Positions 1 through 12,360 of a DNA stretch of 64,000 nt are shown here, piece after piece. How positions within the stretch are numbered: position 1 is the stretch's first letter; each line of letters begins with the position of its first letter. The notes below the pieces were generated by a model that searched no databases, was not told the DNA's origin, and saw only the letters and a program-made list of their open reading frames with translations. The translations under genes were made by a program, and so were the position numbers. This DNA comes from Haliotis cracherodii (taxonomy: Eukaryota): assembly GCF_022045235.1 (NCBI RefSeq), contig NW_027266308.1, positions 52,390,001-52,454,000 on the forward strand, written 5' to 3'.

Positions 1-353
1 GGACAAACCAGGTTTGCAATGAACTGTTTTGTTACACCCCAATGTGAATTTCTCAGAGGACCATTACGGGTTGGAAAGGTTAAACTTGTGTTAAATGTGT
101 CCAGCAATCAAACCAGAGTTTGTAAGAGTTCTTTTAGAAAAATTACAGCACTCATGACATACCGGTACCAGCTGAGATTAGATAAGACCAATCCTAATGC
201 AAAGAGGGATCATGATTTAGATGAAATTGGATTAAAGATGTGAATACATTCTCTAAATAAACTGGCAAAATTTCCCCATAGACATTGTCTTGGCATGTCA
301 TTATTTAATACTTTTATAGGTGGCTGACAGCAGAGATACACCAATCATTTACC

Positions 354-800
354 ATGGCGTCAAAAAGAATGACTGGAAAGATTGCCTTGTGGCAGAAACG
401 TACAGATGAGCACCAGGAGAAACAGATGATAAACCCCTTCTCAGAATGGGAGGGTGCATCCCATCGATCAGCCCTCAGCAAAGATGATGTGAACTATGGC
501 GTACCCATCGCAGGGTCGTCTACAGAGAGGAGAGGTCGTCAGGCTGGGAATCTGATCAGCGGAGAGATAGTGGAGCTGTGTCATGTGATTGCTGAGATTG
601 GCTGCAGACAAGATGATGGAACATATATAATTACTTTTGGGCCTTTATTTGAAGCTTACACTAGAATCTCCAATAAACTTGTGGGTATGTTGATGCGCGC
701 TCGTAAACAACATCTGATTCAGTTTGAAGGTGAGATGCTGTTTCAAAGGCGGGATGATGATGTGCCGATTACTCTGCTGAGGATTCCAGACGAAAACTGA
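354..800 (+). CDS. ABRA: Actin-binding Rho-activating protein-like (Costars domain), single coding exon
   Basis: 148 aa with QMINPFSEW...YGVP..GS.TERRG and C-terminal FGPLFEAYTRISNKLVGMLMRARKQHLIQFEGEMLFQRRDD (Costars). Kozak accATGg; splice acceptor ttttatag ends at 319. Confidence 0.9.
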   Translation: MASKRMTGKIALWQKRTDEHQEKQMINPFSEWEGASHRSALSKDDVNYGVPIAGSSTERRGRQAGNLISGEIVELCHVIAEIGCRQDDGTYIITFGPLFEAYTRISNKLVGMLMRARKQHLIQFEGEMLFQRRDDDVPITLLRIPDEN

Positions 801-3285
801 GACATTTTGTGTATTTTGCCTGTGACCCTGTTCCTGATTTCTTTCTTATGCCTTGGACATTTGGTGATGATAAACTTATAGGGGTAATACCTTGATTATG
901 TTTCTAGGTTTGTCAACACCATATGGATGCTCTAGAGTTGCACCAAAGTGGTAAACGTCTGTGACCTGCATCTTTTTGGGCTTTCCTCCTTCATCAAGCT
1001 GACACGCTGTGTTATAACTGGAATACTGTTCAGAGTGGTTTTAGAGACAACTCACTCACTACAGGGTAGTATGATTGGGATGGTGCCCATTTCTAATCTA
1101 GGTCTTGATTTTATATTATGTAATATAAAACAGAGACATTGTCTCCGTCTAATTAGGGTAATCATTAACTGTTAGAATGAACACATAAAATTTTAGATTA
1201 CAAACCACCAAAGTCATTACTGATTTGAATCAACTTGAAAGTACTGCCAATTAACTTGAGCCCAAAGAACTTTAGAACCCAATTCATGGCAAATTACCGG
1301 TACATTATGTCTGTAAATGATTTTAAGTGTTTTATTTTAATGTGAAAGGAATGTTGAGTAGGTGTTATTAGTGAACCAGTTAAAAAATAAAGCACTTATA
1401 CTTTATATAATGAGAAAAATAGGTTGTTAAACATTTTTCCAGCAAATGTTTGTTGACTTATTTTAGGCCCTTTATTTATCAGATTTCACGGTAGTATGAT
1501 TTTTATATTCTCTGTATCAAGCAAGGTCAATTACAATTTACCATCTTCTTTTCATCCACTTTTTTGGGGACTTGAAGTCAGCACGATGTTTGTCTTCATC
1601 ACTTCCGTAGTTGAATCCCCTGAAAAGGTTTTTAGTTGTTTCTGCATTGTCCCCTTGAATGTGGGATCTTCCTGTTGTTTGGAGAGCAGTCAAAGTGCAG
1701 TCAAGTGCCATCAAATGTGTGAATGCAAATGCAAAAAAAGACTTCCATCATCAATGAGGTCACATTAGAATGACCTCATCTACACTAGGGCGGCTTACTT
1801 GGTGCTTACAGCAGAGCTGTGTCCTATATTTCTAATGCCATGTGTCTTGATGCATAAACATAGTTTATGTACATACAATAATTGAAGGCAACATCACTCA
1901 TTAACAATCCAAACATTTAAGAGTTCTTTTCTTGTCACAGAGGTAAACATACTATTTATTTGAGTGAGTGAGTGAGTATGGCTTAACGCCGCTTTTAGCT
2001 ATTCCAGCAATATCATGGCAAGGGACACCAGAAATGTACCCATGTCGGGAATCGAACCCGGGTCTTCAGCATGACGAGTGAACGCCTTAACCAATAGGCT
2101 ACCCGACCAGGCCCTATTTATTTGAAGGTTTGAGACCTATTTGGATATTTGATACCTCTAAAATATACATAAATAGAGGTATCAAATCCTCAAACTACAA
2201 AACATTAAGTTTATCTCCTTTTTACAAAATACAATGTAAATCCTATATATTTTCAAGAATGCATGTTATTTATATAAGATGGCTGTGTTCGCTGGTTTGT
2301 TTTTGACAGCTTTACAATACCCAAGATTTGTGTGTTGACTTGCATGTCATCTTTTTCCATCACCCTTTTGTGACAAAACAAAGTGCAATATATATTTTAA
2401 GTGAAGTTATTTATTGAAAATAAACAAAGATGAACATTGTACACCGATTTTGTTGTCTCTTCTAAAGCTGGGACAGGTACTGAGTAGGACCCGGTTACGC
2501 ACAGGAGTACCCGACCCGTTGTTAGTCACATGCTATATTGTTTAATGACAATAACAATAAACTCCATGGTTACACTACAAGTCGCTGATGTCTGCATCCC
2601 TTCTGACTTTTAAAGATTAAAGCCTCAGTCAACTTCAGTGTATGCATGATGAGTTCGTTTTATATATGTGTATGTAAATGTTTTTTGCCTGGGCATAGAT
2701 AAGACAATTTCCAATCGTACATTTTGTGTACCAAACTCTTGAGACCTGGAGCAGCTACCTAGGTAGGGTTGGCTTTTAGGAGTTAGATACCCGGGTAGTT
2801 CATTTGGAATATCCCATCCCTAGTCTGCACAGCTGGAGACCATATACAGACGGTTCATGGTCTCTGATGCAAATGAATTGGCTCAACTTGAATCTTGTTC
2901 GTTTCATCTCAGTTCTTAGGCCCTGATGCATCAGTAAATCCGCCTCCATGAAAGCATTTGTCTCCAACATAAACAAAAGGAGCATTTCTAACCAAGAAAA
3001 CGTCAAGGCTGCCAATATGAATCTGCCCATATGACTCCTGTTGAAAGACCTTACCCATGCATCCTCGGAACCACTTGTTTCCAATTATTATTTTTTTTAC
3101 CTAATACAAGCGTCATGAAGTATGGGAAGATTCATCAAGTGAAAGTGACATCAGTGTATGAGCAATATACACACACAAAGGAATCCCCTTTATTGATTTC
3201 TTGGTAGTTACATGATCTATAACAAAATTACATCACACACCATTCGTTTCAAATCACTTCACAATGTCAGTTATGTCCCCTTGAA

Positions 3286-6020
3286 TTAGTTAACTTTGTT
3301 CTGTCTTTGAAGATCTTGAACTGTCTTGGAATCTTCCCATGGACGTGGACCACGGACATTCTGCCAGTTGTCCAAGTCATCCCTCTGCAGTTTCTGTTAA
3401 CAAATATTAAGAAACAGTGCCAAAACTCTGTGTATATTCAAAGTGAGCCGAATGTTATACATGTCATATACTACTCAAAACAAGTTAAAGAAAACACATA
3501 TCTTTCATATTGCCATAGTTAAACGGTCAAAGCTGGTGGGTACTGCAACACGCAACCTTCCTCTAACTTGTTTTCAGTAGTTTATGAAGTAAAATCTTAT
3601 GCCGTTAAGTAACGAAACTGTGGCTGTGTGGTATGGTTGATGTGAGGGGACATAATTATCTCAGTATAATATCCTTTTTATTACATGGTAATAAAGATTC
3701 ATAAGAAGGCTCAACACATCTAGTAAAGCAGTTTAGGAGATGTGATATATTCTAATTTTCCCCAAGATTGTCCACAATTGCCACAGTCCGTGAAGATGGT
3801 TGTGTGATCATTATCATTTACACATAGGTTTCAGCCTGATCACACTGATTGATCAGTGTCAGATTTTTATATTAATATTGTCACCACTTTTGGTTTGTGT
3901 CCTTTTTGACTTTAGTGAGCCCCTTTTGACTTTAGTGTGCCCCTTTTGACTTAAGTGTGTCCCTTTTGACTTTAGCGTGCGCCTTTTGACTTTAATGTGC
4001 CCCTTTTGACTTAAGTGTGTCCCTTTTGACTTTAGTGTGCCCCTTTTGACTTTAATGTGCCCCTTTTGACTTAAGTGTGTCCCTTTTGACTTTACTGTGC
4101 CCCTTTTGACTTTAGTGTGCCCCTTTTGACTTTAGTGTGCGCCTTTTGACTTTAGTATGCGCCTTTTGACTTTAGTGTGCCCCTTTTGACTTTAGTGTGC
4201 CCCTTTTGACTTTAGTGTGCGCCTTTTGACTTTAGTATGCGCCTTTTGACTTTAGTGTGCCCCTTTTGACTTTAGTGTGCGTCTTTTGACTTTAGTGTGC
4301 GCCTTTTGACTTTAGTGTGCCCCTTTTGACTTAAGTCATGTGTTTGTGGTCCTTTTGATGTGTGGCTCTTTTGAATAACCGTCATATTTACCTCATAAGC
4401 TTTTTCAATGGCTTCTGTGCCTTTTGTTTCCTTCAAATTTAAACCATGTTTTGCAGCTTCCTCTTCTGTTAGCTGAAAGACAGACAATTGTAAATGGGTA
4501 TGGATGTCACTTGTAAGCTTTCAGATCAAACTTTCACCTTGAACAGGTCACAATGCAAGGGTAAATACACATTTATTATTGTCAGTATAGAATGCTTACA
4601 GTATACAGCAGAAACATTTCAGTGCTTGAAATAGCTGAAACTACTCGAAGCGGCCTTGTAAATCTGTCAAGCTTTCAGTATCATTTATTTAGTTGCACAA
4701 TTCCATCTACATTAATATCTTTATTAATATTTATCACATTTTGAAATAATGGAATATATTTGTTTGTTCAAATAGATAGGAGTTCAACAGGGAAGAGAAA
4801 GCCAGGGCTGCATTAACAGATCAATCTGAGTGCCATGCATCAAAGACAGACTATGCTACATGGTCAGGTCAGCTCTAGACTTTGTAATAAGTTGCCATTG
4901 TTCAACAGAGGCATCTCTATGTAATTAGGATCCTCAATGAGAGTTAGGTGGACATACATTCCAAAATTTGCATTAGAAGTCAAAGTGTTATTTGAACGAA
5001 TAGAATCAAACTTGCGAGGATTATCAGTTGGCTCAAGCCAAGTGCCTCTAACAACTCACTATATGATGCTTTCGTGAGAAGATTGCCTTGTGGAACAAAA
5101 TCCAGCTACAAACTCAATTTAGGTTAGTCATCTGTACTGCAAGGTGAGTGAGTGAGTTTGGTTTTATGCCACATTTAGCAATACTTCTGCAATATCACTG
5201 TGGGATCACAAAATGATCTTCACACATTGTACCCATGTGGGGAATTGTCTTTTGGTATGACGCGGTCGGGGATCGAATCCCGGACCTTCTGCTCTCCAGG
5301 TGGACACTCTACCACTAGACCACAGAGGCGATCGAAATAACTATGAAAGAAATTATATGTACAATACCTTTTTCCCCTTTCGGAATTGATATCTAATCAC
5401 TGTGAACTTTTCCAACCCAAATGATCCGCCAACGATGAGTAGCTAAAAAAAAGTAAAAACTTTAAGTTAGTCTTAACCAATCAATCATGTATTATATCTG
5501 CTTTTCCTTAAAGCCACAGACCCATAGTTTTTACATTGTAAGTATATGATTATGGTTGACACAATGACATCCTTTCCATATTCTAGATAAATTGTGTAGT
5601 ACCATATTTCCTCAATTAAACACCCAGAAATGGGGAAATGGGGTATATAGTGTTTGTCTGTGGACATCAATGTTACAATTTACACACAATTGGGGTTTAC
5701 AGAGAAATACTGTTTGACATATTATCTAAAACAGATAGCATCACATTTAAAGTTAAACTCGAACAAAAGACATGTCTATATTGACTGGTGTTGCAACTAC
5801 ATGTATACTGACAATGTTAACTAATATAAACAATTTTACCAAATACTTTGAGAATCATCTACAGTTGTAACTGCAGTTGACCTTGGGCATATATATTTTT
5901 TTTTCCTTGGTTTATTATTGTACTATATCTGTAACATCATACCAGAAACGGAGCACCAAGTCTGATGAAACGACGTCTCGAAACATTTCTTAGCCACTGA
6001 AAGACATTAGTTGCCGACAT
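3286..6020 (-). CDS. COX16: Cytochrome c oxidase assembly protein COX16, 113 aa; exons 6020-5943, 5442-5368, 4472-4392, 3393-3286
   Basis: Spliced product MSATNVFQWLRNVSRRRFIRLGAPFL|LLIVGGSFGLEKFTVIRYQFRKGKK|LTEEEAAKHG...EKAYE|KLQRDDLDNWQNVRGPRPWEDSK...; GGSFGL and W.N.RGPRPWE are COX16 motifs. All introns GT-AG phase 0; AATAAA at 3189-3194 (-). Confidence 0.93.
3900..4335. repeat. 20-bp minisatellite (CCCCTTTTGACTTTAGTGTG)n, about 21 copies, in a COX16 intron
   Basis: Directly visible tandem array. Confidence 0.95.
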
Positions 6021-6824
6021 AGTTCTGGATATCTGACACAGATCTTGTTGGAAACATTGAAAATACACTGAATATGCTCTGTCCTCTCTTTTAATGAAAC
6101 ATCGGTTGTGATATATGCGCTTAATAAACAGATCTATTCGTTCAAGATGTAGTTATTTTGATCTTCATGATGGACAGTGAGTTACAGACGAATGATACAC
6201 ATAACCGTAATAAACATTGACACTGGAGAAACGGTAAACAGGTGCTCGTGTGCGTGCCAGTTGGGAGTTACCTGCCCTTGACTTCAACAAAGAGGTTCGA
6301 TATGGGTTCGTCAAATTGTGTCTGACTGTTCATCAAACGGGCGGCTTTTCGCTTAAAAAGGACACATAAAGAAACCGTTTCATTCATTGACGTGGCAGTA
6401 TGTCGAAACATGTTAAAATTGTGACAATGATCTGATAAACATCAAACATTCACATATATTTCAACATTCTTCCATGATTTTACATTTTATTTACGCAACC
6501 ACCTAATCTCACATTTCTCAGGTTATAGTACCTGGGTTTATATGCACAATTATTTGTCACTTGACACATTACACAACATCGTCACAGCTATAAAAATGTT
6601 TTAGAAAGATCTCAGAACCTCAGATGTTATCGGTAACATGAAAGCACCACCATGCTCTGACATCTGTCAACAACTAATAATATTTAATACACAATGGGCA
6701 TCTTATAGTCGGATAATCTCTTTATCGTTAAATAAACAAACGTTTCATTAAGACTATCATGAATATTTCACAGGAGAGAGAGTCCTCGCTGGTCAGGTAC
6801 TCACATTTGACAACAAAACATATA

Positions 6825-7461
6825 GGGGAGACCGGGGTGCTTTGGGACACGAGGTGCATTGGGACACCCCCCAAAACTGCTATTTATAGGTGTACAATCA
6901 CATGATCATTTACACTAAAGGATGTGACATCATACACCATGGTACTTTTTGTTGCAGGGGTGGAAGCAGCACCCGTTGATAGAAGTTTGGTATGTAAAAT
7001 GTTATTTTTGCACTTCATTGTTAAATTCAGAGGCCTATTTTTGAAGCTTTACATGACAAAGTGTTCCATCTTTCAGTTGATGTATGAGTTTTATTCAAAA
7101 CAGTGATATCTTAAAAGTATCCCGCCAAGAGATGAAGGTCCTTTTGTCACAAGGTTATATCATGAAGCCATTAAAAAATGCAAGGGTAGCGTCAGGGCGC
7201 ATTGGGACACCCTGACTGGGGTGCCTTGGGATATGTCCCAATGCACCCCAAACATGTGATTCTAAATGGCCAGCATGTAATCATATTTATGAATTCATAT
7301 TTATGTCTCAGTTAATTTCATGTTTGTGAAATATTTTTTTTGTTCAGTGATTCATTATTAAATTGATGATAAGAAGATGTGTCTATTTCTTTATGAATCC
7401 ATTTCAAGTGGGATATAGACTGGGTAATACAAATTTTGTCTCAATGCACCCCGGTCTTCCC
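6825..7461. mobile_element. MITE with GGGGAGACCGGGGTGC TIRs and TA target duplication (Tc1/mariner-type)
   Basis: ta|ggggagaccggggtgc ... gcaccccggtcttccc|ta; repeated subterminal gtgcattgggacac motifs. Confidence 0.8.
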
Positions 7462-8982
7462 TATTTCCGTGACGCGAAGCACCCCATTTATATATTCACC
7501 GACCACTGCGCCGTATTAGGACAGCTACCCACTTACCCGCACCAGCTGTTGGTGATCTCTTCACCAGTCAGTGTTCAATGTGAACAAATTTAGTGCCCCT
7601 TTAGCTTGAAACCATATCCAGAGAGTTGATGACATCTAATATAATTCCCATAACCAGTGCTAATTGGCGAAAAAATCAGGAAAGTCGGAAAGTAATTCAC
7701 AATTAGGAATTATTTTATAATCACCGAGTCTGAAAACCCCATTTAGCAATAAAACTATTTTCATGCATGTCCCGACAGAAGATATGAAACTCACCACAAC
7801 AGCATGTTTAAATAATTGTTCAGGATCATGGCCATGATGACACTGAATTATATCATTTCTTTTTGTACCCTCTGACCACATGTTTACACAAAATACAAGG
7901 ACAATTTTGAAAGCGGTTTTTTTTCGTCTTTTATTTTCCGACCACCGACTTCGAGTTTTGATTGAAAAATCCGTAAACCAAATCATAATATAAAAAGTCC
8001 TCACGAAAACAAGATCTTAGGATTAGTTAAAACTCAAAATTACAAAATGCACACTATTATGGAACGTTAGTTCATACATTCCATCACTACGGGGATTCCG
8101 AGTTAGAATTGGTCCTCAGCAACTAACATCATAACGCGGACCCACAAAGGTCATGGGTGGGTTGTTTAGGTGATTGCGTAACTATTACAATAAACATTGT
8201 GAAACAAATTAATTATTTTAATAAACTCTTAATTGTGAAAAGAAGTCGGAAGTTCAATATTGTCAATACAATTATGATATCTCAGAACAGATCGAAGAAT
8301 CCTCATTTTGAAGTTTATCTGACTACAATACCTTGAATACGTGTAGCAATGCTATTGCCCAGAGTCAAACTGCTCACTCTCCTCATGACGCTGAAAGGCC
8401 TTGCTTTACCAAGTTGGCTAAACACACGAGTGAGTGAGTATGGTTTTACGCCGCTTATAGCAATATTCCAGCAATGTCCGGGCGGGGACCCCAGAAATGG
8501 GCTTCAGACATTGTACGAATGTGGGGAATCGAACCCGGGTTTTCGGAGTGACGAGCGAAAGCTTTAACCACTAGGCTTCCCCTACCGCCCCTAAACACAT
8601 TAGCTGTTGGGGTGCGGATGTGACAGGCATTTCTACGAGAGGGATTGTTCACAACGGCCGATTTCAAGATAGTATATTTACAACTTTCATAAAAGATCCT
8701 GGCTTAAACAACATGGGTATCATTGACAAAAATACGACAAGCGGAAATGATTAAACTGTATAAACAACAAGTGACCCCAGGTCATCTCCATGGAGTAGCC
8801 ATGTAGATGTCTCGCCGTTTACTGCACGACAATTTGACGTCTGAAATTGATCGCGGTCTATTTAAGGTACATGTATAGCGATTGTCATCTGACCAAAAAC
8901 ACCTTTGAATTTTTCAGTTTAAAGTTAAAAAACAACAACGCAATATACATTTCGCGAGCTAAAAACAAAGGTACTTTATTAT

Positions 8983-9006
8983 TGACGTCATAGACATGTG
9001 ACGTCA
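8983..9006. promoter_or_regulatory. Two perfect CRE palindromes (TGACGTCA) about 65-90 bp upstream of the kinase ATG
   Basis: TGACGTCA at 8983-8990 and 8999-9006. Confidence 0.55.
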
Positions 9007-9071
9007 CAGATCGTCATTCTGATCGACAGAAGTGGGCGTCTTTGTTTACCTGACGAGTTGTTTCTGTAGAT

Positions 9072-11941
9072 ATGGCGAGCTTATTTCATATGAAAACCTT
9101 CTCCAACCCTTCCGTGAACTTGGCCTTCGGTAAGAATTACATGTCGAAAGAACTGGATGTGAAATGTAGTTGCTTGCTTACGTTTTCCTTTTTTTGCGCT
9201 CCGTTCTGTTCTTAGCAGCCGGGCATGGTGTGATAGCCTTGTTGTTAATGTATATGTTCGTCATGGCAAAGGTCCGGGTTCGATTCTCGGCATACTGCTC
9301 TAGCACATTGTTTAAGGCGGCGTAAGCGGATGCTGCTTTGTGCAAGGGCCAAGGTCGAAGTCGAGGTGACAATAGTCCACAATGTTTGTAAAGCTATAGT
9401 TTTGTACGGTATTCAGAATATTATATTCATTAAATTATCAGACAATGTCAATCCCCAATGCAGTTACCCATGTCTTGTCCACAAGCGGATCCAGAGGGGG
9501 ATGGTGGGATGGATGTGTGTGCATGTTTCAAGCATAGTGAGTGATTTTATAGGTGATCTGGCATACTAAAGTATAGGTGTAACAACTCTAGGACTAACTT
9601 ATTTGGTGATATACATACAACAATTTTAAACACGATTACGGAACGCGAATTGCCAAATCAGAAAAGGCTAAAGCGCTCGGTTTCAAATTAAAAGTAATAA
9701 GTATCAAATTTACAGTGAGAGGACCTCAAATTACAAAAAATCCCAGGGTAGGTTATCTCCTATTTAGGCCACCATTTTTGCCATAAAATCGAGCTGATAT
9801 TCTGTGGAGAACACTAATGGAGTGAGTGAGCTGGATTCACCCCGATTTGAACAGTATTTCAGTTATATTACGGTGCGTCAGCTTGATGTGAGAGGAAAGT
9901 GCAAATCCTGGCCAATCATAGACGAAGCCAGCGAGCAGCATTATGCTGGCGATCGATAACGTACTCTCTTATAATAAAACAAGTGATATTATTTTGAAAA
10001 CATCTGCTTCTCTGACATCACTAAAGATCTTAATTTGGGCGTTTGATGTTCTTTTAATATAAAAAAACAACCTTATAGACAAAAGCATTCAATGACATCA
10101 ATAGTAGCCTTTCCCTCCACAATCCACATGGTATGACATTTACCTGTCTCAGCTTCTACCACCCACGTGAGGTGTAGTGAAATGGGGTTCAACGTGGGTC
10201 GCGTTCAAGATTATTGCACTTATATAGCGATGTGCATACACGTGTGTGCGTGTGCGTGTGCGTGTGCGTGTGCGAGTGCGTGTTGCGTGCGTGTGCCTGC
10301 GTGCGTGCGTGCGTATGCGTGGGCTGCTTGTAGTAGTCCGGACTTATGCCGATTTTATAGTGCTGAGATACCATGCCGCAGTTTAACAAGAATAACAAGA
10401 CACAGTATACTGACTCCGAGACGACCAGTCCTTGTTTTAGACTATTTATACCGAGCGCCAAGCATAGTAGATGGTAACAACAAGTACATCTTTTAACGTC
10501 TTTTGGTATGACGCGGCCGGGGATGGAACCAACGACCTTCCGCTCTCCGGGAAGACGCAAGACGCTCCACCACTAGACCACGGAGGCGGTCACCACCCAA
10601 GTGGTATGGCNNNNNNNNNNNNNNNNNNNNNNNNNNNNNNNNNNNNNNNNNNNNNNNNNNNNNNNNNNNNNNNNNNNNNNNNNNNNNNNNNNNNNNNNNN
10701 NNNNNNNNNNNNNNNNNNNNNNNNNNNNNNNNNNNNNNNNNNNNNNNNNGCTCCTAAATGGGTACAATGTGTGAAGCGCATCCCTGGTGTCCCCAGCCCT
10801 GATACTGCTGAAATATTTCTGAAAGCGGCGTAAAACTATACTTACTCACTCAACGTGGTACAATATCCAGCTGATATATTTATTCTTATCCTATCTAGGT
10901 TACCGAGCACGTTTCTATCCTGCCATTCCCGGGCCACACAATGCTGCTGCTGAACTTTGGCGAGAACGTCTCCAGCCATCTGACAAGGCCAAGACGTCAA
11001 GGCCTGTCGACGTCCCTGCTGGTTCCACCAATCCCAGGACGTCCACCTTTGCTGTGCCCCATCCATCTGCCCCCACAGAGCCATCAACACCCATTGGTCA
11101 AACCATTAAAGGCTACTACTTCGAGGATGTCATCGACTCAGGTGGGGCTGCGATGGTGTACAGGGTGAAGAAGAACGGGCTCCTCTACGCCGCGAAGGTC
11201 TCTCTACGGACAGCAATTGATGGAAACTTCACAGTTCGCACCTGGGAAAATGAATATAAAATTCTGAAATCCATTAATCATGAAAACATCATCAAAGCAT
11301 ATGACCTGTTCCAGCACAATGGGAAGATGTTTATGATCCTGGAATACTTTGAAGGAAATGACATGGTACATTTTATCACCAACTACAGTGTTAAATGGAG
11401 ACAAAAGCACCTGAAACCGATTGCCAAGCAGATACTGGCAGGTATAAATTACTTGCACAAGAACAACATCGTGCATAGGGACATCAAACCAGACAACATA
11501 CTGATTGGGCCCAGGAAAAATATAAAGATAATTGACTTCGGTGGGGCGATACGCCTGGCGCCAGAGCAGCCACCTAAGGATAGAGAAATGACTTTCTCTA
11601 CCCCTGCCTTCTCCCCACCTGAAGTGCACAGAAAAGACGCCAATGTCACCTCTGATAAGTGGATTAGATCCTTCGACATGTGGAGCATGGGCATCACCCT
11701 GTATATGGCCATTGCAGGAGAGTTTCCTTTCTCTGTAGGGTCAAATAGAAATATCAAAGCTGATGTCTTTGACAAGGGGCCGGACTTTGATGTTCTCGGG
11801 CGAATCGACACCCAACTTCTATCCCTGATGAAAAGGTGTCTGGACATAAACCCTGTGGGGCGCATTACAGCCAAACGTGCCCTGCAGCATAGATACTTTT
11901 CGAGAAGTCCAGTTGATATCATTTCTTCTTTCTTTAAGTAA
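9072..11941 (+). CDS. Divergent Ser/Thr protein kinase (CAMK-group-like), about 366 aa; exons 9072-9129 and 10899-11941
   Basis: MASLFHMKTFSNPSVNLAF G|gtaag ... ctag|GT YRARFYP... joins in phase 1 and in frame with the kinase ORF. Motifs: AAK, alphaC E, HRDIKPDN, DFG, STPAFSPPE, DMWSMG, RITA..AL.H.YF. An N gap in the intron could hide further exons. Confidence 0.82.
10611..10749. other. Assembly gap (N run)
   Basis: Run of n characters. Confidence 1.
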
Positions 11942-12360
11942 AGTTCCGATTCGCCCCAATTATGTACAAGGTTTGTTAGCACCATACTCATGCTATTGGG
12001 TTCTCCAAAGTGGGAAAACCCCGTCTGAGACATGCACCACTTTGAGCTTTCCATCAACATTAAGCTGACACGCCGTGATATAATTGAAATAGAGTTCAAA
12101 GCGGCGTTAACCCCAACTCAATCACTCCTTCCTTCCTATCCTGGGCCCGTGAAGATGTGCCAAGCTGGCGTGGTCTGTCACCTCCACCATGCCTGTCTGC
12201 TTGGCAATAAGTATATATTCATACATATTTGGCTAAACATAGATGTCACTTTTCCTAATTGACATGGAACTGACGACCATCTGTCAAACATTTCCTGGAT
12301 CTATTTTATCTGGTTATGATAGATGACCACTATGAGATTCACTCTGCTAGCCATTCCTCC

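Noticed and set aside
2800-3084. 94-aa ORF downstream of COX16 as a second cistron
   Set aside because: TTG start, lies beyond the COX16 AATAAA, ends inside a MITE, no recognisable motif
5962-5984. CTGATGA...GAAAC hammerhead-like core
   Set aside because: No proper stem II; it is the antisense strand of COX16 coding exon 1
11204-12099. 141-aa and 216-aa minus-strand ORFs
   Set aside because: Antisense shadows of the kinase exon
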